A DNA stretch of 64,000 nt from Bilabrum cf. latius (Eukaryota): NCBI GenBank assembly GCA_965178125.1, contig OZ237767.1, forward strand, positions 558,001 through 622,000. The letters are read 5' to 3'. The notes beneath the pieces were generated by a model. The model saw nothing but the letters and a program-made list of their open reading frames with translations. It made no database searches and was not told the origin of the DNA. Every line of letters begins with the position of its first letter. Within the stretch, counting starts at the first letter, position 1. Positions 57,750 through 64,000 of the stretch are shown here, piece after piece. Position numbers and translations under genes: made by a program.

Positions 57750-60700
57750 CAGCCTGGGCTGCTCCTCCGTGGGGCTGGAGCCAACGCAGCGGAGCCGGAT
57801 CGATGGGGGAAAAAAGAAAATTTCGAGCTCACTCTTATATTCACTCTGGGCGAGGCTGTGGTGAAGTAGCTGGAGCTCCCAGCAGCCTGGGCCGCTCCTC
57901 CGTGGGGCTGGAGCCAACGCAGCGGAGCCGGATCGATGGGGGAAAAAAGAAAATTTCGAGCTCACTCTGGGCGAGGCTGTGGTGAAGTAGCTGGAGCTCC
58001 CAGCAGCCTGGGCTGCTCCTCCGTGGGGCTGGAGCCAACGCAGCGGAGCCGGATCGATGGGGGAAAAAAGAAAATTTCGAGCTCACTCTGGGCGAGGCTG
58101 TGGTGAAGTAGCTGGAGCTCCCAGCAGCCTGGGCCGCTCCTCCGTGGGGCTGGAGCCAACGCAGCGGAGCCGGATCGATGGGGGAAAAAAGAAAATTTCG
58201 AGCTCACTCTGGGCGAGGCTGTGGTGAAGTAGCTGGAGCTCCCAGCAGCCTGGGCTGCTCCTCCGTGGGGCTGGAGCCAACGCAGCGGAGCCGGATCGAT
58301 GGGGGAAAAAAGAAAATTTCGAGCTCACTCTGGGCGAGGCTGTGGTGAAGTAGCTGGAGCTCCCAGCAGCCTGGGCCGCTCCTCCGTGGGGCTGGAGCCA
58401 ACGCAGCGGAGCCGGATCGATGGGGGAAAAAAGAAAATTTCGAGCTCACTCTGGGCGAGGCTGTGGTGAAGTAGCTGGAGCTCCCAGCAGCCTGGGCTGC
58501 TCCTCCGTGGGGCTGGAGCCAACGCAGCGGAGCCGGATCGATGGGGGAAAAAAGAAAATTCCGAGCTCACTCTGGGCGAGGCTGTGGTGAAGTAGCTGGA
58601 GCTCCCAGCAACCTGGGCTGCTCCTCCGTGGGGCTGGAGCCAACGCAGCGGAGCCGGATCGATGGGGGAAAAAAGAAAATTCCGAGCTCACTCTGGGCGA
58701 GGCTGTGGTGAAGTAGCTGGAGCTCCCAGCAGCCTGGGCTGCTCCTCCGTGGGGCTGGAGCCAACGCAGCGGAGCCGGATCGATGGGGGAAAAAAGAAAA
58801 TTTCGAGCTCACTCTGGGCGAGGCTGTGGTGAAGTAGCTGGAGCTCCCAGCAACCTGGGCTGCTCCTCCGTGGGGCTGGAGCCAACGCAGCGGAGCCGGA
58901 TCGATGGGGGAAAAAAGAAAATTTCGAGCTCACTCTTATATTCACTCTGGGCGAGGCTGTGGTGAAGTAGCTGGAGCTCCCAGCAGCCTGGGCTGCTCCT
59001 CCGTGGGGCTGGAGCCAACGCAGCGGAGCCGGATCGATGGGGGAAAAAAGAAAATTTCGAGCTCACTCTTATATTCACTCTGGGCGAGGCTGTGGTGAAG
59101 TAGCTGGAGCTCCCAGCAGCCTGGGCCGCTCCTCCGTGGGGCTGGAGCCAACGCAGCGGAGCCGGATCGATGGGGGAAAAAAGAAAATTTCGAGCTCACT
59201 CTGGGCGAGGCTGTGGTGAAGTAGCTGGAGCTCCCAGCAGCCTGGGCTGCTCCTCCGTGGGGCTGGAGCCAACGCAGCGGAGCCGGATCGATGGGGGAAA
59301 AAAGAAAATTTCGAGCTCACTCTGGGCGAGGCTGTGGTGAAGTAGCTGGAGCTCCCAGCAGCCTGGGCTGCTCCTCCGTGGGGCTGGAGCCAACGCAGCG
59401 GAGCCGGATCGATGGGGGAAAAAAGAAAATTTCGAGCTCACTCTGGGCGAGGCTGTGGTGAAGTAGCTGGAGCTCCCAGCAGCCTGGGCCGCTCCTCCGT
59501 GGGGCTGGAGCCAACGCAGCGGAGCCGGATCGATGGGGGAAAAAAGAAAATTCCGAGCTCACTCTGGGCGAGGCTGTGGTGAAGTAGCTGGAGCTCCCAG
59601 CAGCCTGGGCTGCTCCTCCGTGGGGCTGGAGCCAACGCAGCGGAGCCGGATCGATGGGGGAAAAAAGAAAATTTCGAGCTCACTCTGGGCGAGGCTGTGG
59701 TGAAGTAGCTGGAGCTCCCAGCAGCCTGGGCTGCTCCTCCGTGGGGCTGGAGCCAACGCAGCGGAGCCGGATCGATGGGGGAAAAAAGAAAATTTCGAGC
59801 TCACTCTGGGCGAGGCTGTGGTGAAGTAGCTGGAGCTCCCAGCAACCTGGGCTGCTCCTCCGTGGGGCTGGAGCCAACGCAGCGGAGCCGGATCGATGGG
59901 GGAAAAAAGAAAATTTCGAGCTCACTCTGGGCGAGGCTGTGGTGAAGTAGCTGGAGCTCCCAGCAACCTGGGCTGCTCCTCCGTGGGGCTGGAGCCAACG
60001 CAGCGGAGCCGGATCGATGGGGGAAAAAAGAAAATTTCGAGCTCACTCTGGGCGAGGCTGTGGTGAAGTAGCTGGAGCTCCCAGCAACCTGGGCTGCTCC
60101 TCCGTGGGGCTGGAGCCAACGCAGCGGAGCCGGATCGATGGGGGAAAAAAGAAAATTTCGAGCTCACTCTGGGCGAGGCTGTGGTGAAGTAGCTGGAGCT
60201 CCCAGCAGCCTGGGCTGCTCCTCCGTGGGGCTGGAGCCAACGCAGCGGAGCCGGATCGATGGGGGAAAAAAGAAAATTTCGAGCTCACTCTGGGCGAGGC
60301 TGTGGTGAAGTAGCTGGAGCTCCCAGCAGCCTGGGCTGCTCCTCCGTGGGGCTGGAGCCAACGCAGCGGAGCCGGATCGATGGGGGAAAAAAGAAAATTT
60401 CGAGCTCACTCTGGGCGAGGCTGTGGTGAAGTAGCTGGAGCTCCCAGCAGCCTGGGCTGCTCCTCCGTGGGGCTGGAGCCAACGCAGCGGAGCCGGATCG
60501 ATGGGGGAAAAAAGAAAATTTCGAGCTCACTCTGGGCGAGGCTGTGGTGAAGTAGCTGGAGCTCCCAGCAGCCTGGGCTGCTCCTCCGTGGGGCTGGAGC
60601 CAACGCAGCGGAGCCGGATCGATGGGGGAAAAAAGAAAATTTCGAGCTCACTCTGGGCGAGGCTGTGGTGAAGTAGCTGGAGCTCCCAGCAGCCTGGGCT

Positions 60701-60778
60701 GCTCCTCCGTGGGGCTGGAGCCAACGCAGCGGAGCCGGATCGATGGGGGAAAAAAGAAAATTTCGAGCTCACTCTGGG
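57750..60778. repeat. 121-bp tandem array, right arm (~25 copies), ending inside tRNA-Cys
   Basis: Resumes in phase after the TSD. The last gagctcactctggg is the 3' end of the tRNA. 12-bp insertion variants near 57835, 58936 and 59069. Confidence 0.97.
60740..60763 (-). terminator. Oligo-T RNA polymerase III terminator downstream of tRNA-Cys (repeated in every array unit)
   Basis: Minus strand reads AAATTTTCTTTTTTCCCCC just after the tRNA 3' end. Confidence 0.6.
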
Positions 60779-60837
60779 ACTTGCACCCAGGACCAACCGA
60801 ACTGCAATCGGACGCTCTACTGCTGAGCTAAGTAAGC
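60766..60837 (-). tRNA. trnC: tRNA-Cys (GCA), somewhat atypical loops
   Basis: GCTTACT TA GCTC AGCAGTA GAGC G TCCGA TTGCAGT TCGGT TGGTC CTGGG TGCAAGT CCCAG AGTGAGC T folds as a 72-nt cloverleaf with a GCA anticodon and U73 discriminator. Confidence 0.8.
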
Positions 60838-60983
60838 ATTACAACGCCAGCGGATTAAATAAGTATACGAAAGAGGTGTTTGAGATGCATTTACACGTCA
60901 TTCCTCTTTCTGTTGTATCTTGACAATTGACGTGTTTCCCGCTTCGCTCGGGTGAATACCTGTATTCTGCAGTCAGGAAATCT

Positions 60984-62854
60984 TCACTTCCGGACGTGGC
61001 TTCGCTAGAACGCTGTGAAGGCGAGCTCCGGATGTCCTGCCTGGTGAGCTCGCTAGGCAGCTGCAGGCAGCTGTCTTTCCTGTAGCATGGCACGGGCCTC
61101 TCTGGCCCGTTCCTGCCACACGCCATCCCCAACTTCTTCGATGTACTTGTTCCGTTTGGCTGCCTGCACCGTCAGCATGGGCGGCTCGTGTTGTGCCACC
61201 AATCGAGCACGCCGCCAACTTGGATCTTGCACATCTTCCTCCGAGTCGCTCCTTCCGGCGAACTACTAGCTCTGGCTTACCTCGCCTTCTTCGTCGGATG
61301 ATTCCAACTCTGCAGCTATAGCTTCGTCGTGGGCGCCGCCCCAGAGCCCCAGCGTCGCAAAGGCGGCTCCAGCGCCCGCTGCTGCCACCACGACGATCGC
61401 CATTGCCGCAACCAGGCCTGCGCGCGCGGCTGAGCGGCTCGACAGCTTGCCCTCTGCGCCTGCGCGCACCTACCGAATACCAGCGATCCAAATATCGTAG
61501 CTCGAGCCTCCAGCACTTCTGGTCCAGTTCATGCCACCACCCGCGGCACTCGCGGGCAGGATGATCCACGGATCCTCGGCCCCCCCGCCGGCCTGCCTTG
61601 AGGCGCTAGCAGCCTCCAACGGGAACCATCGATCCCTGGGATGCCCCGGGAGCGGGTGCTGACACGAGGCCCCCCCCCAGCCGGGGTCACACAGGCACCT
61701 CGCAGTGGAGGGGGTGCCTCCCGCGCACCTACCCCGGGGCCCGCACTGCAGCGCACTGCAAGGATCCCTCCGCTCCTGGACCCGCCCGAACAGCTCCAAG
61801 GCGCCGAGGGCCGCCCCCCACTCTCCCCCGGACGAGGGCCCCAGCAGCCTAACCCGGAAGAAGCTTGCCGGGGGGGGCTGCTCCGCCAGCTGCCACGCGC
61901 CCACGGCCCCTCGGTACCGCAGCGCATCGTCCCCCCGGTGCACCGCCGCCACGCGCCAGATCGACCCGTCGGTGCTCGTGTCCAGTGCCCAGCTCCGGAG
62001 GTACCCCGGCCCCGGCCCAGAGGGCGACCCATCCCGCAGGGCGTACCCCGTGAGCTCAACGGACATGTCCCGCAGCTCGACGCCCCAGACCGGCGGCGGG
62101 ATCGCCTGCTCGGCGCCATGCGCAGCAGCACTACCGTGCAATGCGCCTGCGTCGTCCACGAGCTCGTCACCCACGGCGAGCCCCGTGCCCTCTCGCGGCA
62201 ACCCGGAGACGAGGGGAACAAACACGCAGGACCAGTCGCTGCCGTTCCCAGGGGCCGTCCCCGACTCCGGCTCGGCCTGCCCCTGCCCCTGCCCCTGCAC
62301 GAGGCACCAAGGGCCCGGCCCGCTCCAGCCCTCGCTCCCGTTGGTGCTGCCTCCTTCACCCTGGGGAACAGCTCCAAGCGGGAGCCGGAACGCAAGCACC
62401 GGGGGATTGGACTGCGCCTCCGCGGTGTAGCCGGGCAACCGTGCGACGGCTGGTTCGTTGCCACCGTGCGACCCATTCCCCCCGGGCAGCCCGCCCTCCT
62501 CCGGCAATCCCCCTCCTCCTCCTCCTCCGTCGCCGAGCCCCTGCCAGCGTGCCATCACCGCCGATAGGACGCCGGTGCTGACCAGGCCCAGGCCAAACTG
62601 CTCGGGAACAGGGACCGGGATCGCGTTTCCCGCGTCTTTGACCACCCGCAGTTCCTCGTCGGATTTGCCTTCCCTGAGGTCGGACCCGGGCATGGGGAAC
62701 AGCGCCCTCCGCTCCCACGGAGGCACGTCGCACCAGAGCCCGCCCCACCCCCCCGTGCACCGGCACCATGCCCCGCCACTGCCAGGGGGGGTCGCGCTCC
62801 CATCCCGCCAGCCGGTGATCCTGCTGCTGCTGGTGCTGCTGCTGCTGGTGCTGC

Positions 62855-62886
<32 letters not shown>

Positions 62887-64000
62887 GTGCTGCTGCTGCT
62901 GCTGCTCCCCCCCGCAAGGTTGCTCTCCCCGTCCATGTGTGCCCACCTCCTGTGGCACTCCCCGTGCACCCCGCAGGACACCCTCGAGCAAGGGTCCCCC
63001 GGCAGCATCAGGCTCCCGAACAGCTCCAGTCCGGCCGCGTTCAGGTACAGTGACCCGCCCTGCGTCTCGTCTGCCTGCCTGAGCCGGAAGGCACGGAAGG
63101 CCAAAGGAAACCGTGGCTCTAGCCCAGCACCAGCACCAGCACCAGCACCAGCACCAGCACCAGCACCAGCACCAGCACCAGCACCAGCACCAGCACCAGC
63201 ACCAGCACCAGCACCAGCACCAGCACCAGCACCAGCACCAGCGCTGGCCAGACCAGCCCCGGACCCCTGCACCGCCTGCATCCAGGAAGGCACGCGGAGG
63301 CTCCAGGCAGCCGCGGCCGTGCGGTGGCCCAGGGTGGAGTCGTTGCGGTGTCGCCGCAGAGACACCCACGCGCCCCCGTGCACCTGCATGCGATGCACCA
63401 GGGACTCCATGCCGCCCACGGAATCGCTGCTGCTGCCCGCCCGACCTGGCTCGGACGATAGCTGCTGCTGCTAGGGAGCACGTGTGGTGGAAAGCAGAGG
63501 CGGGGCATCCTTCCCGACCCATGCGTCCAGGTCCCACGATGCGAGCACGTCCATCCTCCCCGAGATGGAGTCCCGCAGGCGGTATGCAGTGGGCTGCACC
63601 CTGAGCCCATCGCCCAGGTCCAGCACCCACTCGGTGCCGCGCCTGGCCCTCGAGAAGCACAGAGGACCCTCTCGCGATGCGTCCAGCAGGCAGGCAGCCC
63701 CCTGAGGAAACGGGGATGGGGGCGAGCCCGCCAGGTCCGGGGCCTCTACTCGCACGCAGGTGCGGCCCGCCCCCTCGGCGCCCACCAGGCACGACTCCGA
63801 CCCCGGGTTGAATCCGCCCGGGAAGGCCCGGGTGCCCATGTGAGTGCCCAGCCAGCGCACTACGCCAACGTCCCCCATGTCCCCCAGGGGAATTCCCCCG
63901 GAGATGCCCTCGTGGTCGAGTCGGTCCAGCTGCGCCTGGACCGTGCCCCTTGGGCGCAGCTGCAGGGGCCTCCACGCGATGGGCATGGCCAGGACGGGGC
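60984..64000 (-). CDS. Partial type-I membrane protein with discoidin/F5-8-like and EGF-like domains (TAG read through)
   Basis: WVLDLG..PTAYRLR, YLRSWALDTSTDGSIW..FFRVRLLGP..LELFG; EGF-like CGVHGEC..CRCTGGWGGLWC and CGPRGRC..CLCDPGWGGASC; TM helix LVAAMAIVVVAAA. Frames are joined by TAG, ending TGA at 60984. Confidence 0.75.
63122..63243. repeat. (CCAGCA)n microsatellite encoding a poly-(Ala-Gly) tract
   Basis: About 20 direct hexamer copies. Confidence 0.9.

Noticed and set aside
28539-60778. 121-bp array as a CRISPR array
   Set aside because: Units are near-identical along their whole length, with no unique spacers and no cas genes; the context is eukaryotic.
28405-60831. Dozens of 81-aa MSSKFSFF... 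ORFs in the arrays
   Set aside because: Artefacts of a non-triplet (121-bp) repeat with GTG starts.

Overview
This is GC-rich eukaryotic (protist-like) chromosomal DNA carrying a complete, AT-rich endogenous virophage (mavirus/Polinton-like provirus, 30902-57749, ~26.8 kb). The provirus has ~420-bp terminal inverted repeats (TIRs) and a 5-bp CAGCC target-site duplication (TSD). It sits inside a ~44-copy, 121-bp tandem array whose unit contains the 3' end and Pol III terminator of an adjacent tRNA-Cys gene (60766-60837, minus strand). The main result is that both host and virophage use a non-standard genetic code: TAG is a sense codon (best fit Gln), while TAA and TGA remain stops. The fragmented ORF track collapses into intact genes once TAG is read through. 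In the virophage these include rve integrase, packaging ATPase, adenain-like protease, penton, major capsid protein, pPolB, primase-helicase, GIY-YIG nuclease and DUF285 proteins. In the host, readthrough restores a DUF389 protein, an EGF/discoidin protein and others; GlnRS is intact and TAG-free. Other notable items: five copies of a fixed-length 48-bp palindromic module, a promoter motif 28-31 nt upstream of non-structural viral genes, and a higher-GC terminal cassette with an apparent spliceosomal intron. There is also an excision-footprint-like variant in the array and a 4.5-kb orphan-ORF segment bracketed by tRNA 3'-end copies. All calls come from reading the sequence by eye; no searches were run, and family assignments rest on recalled motifs.
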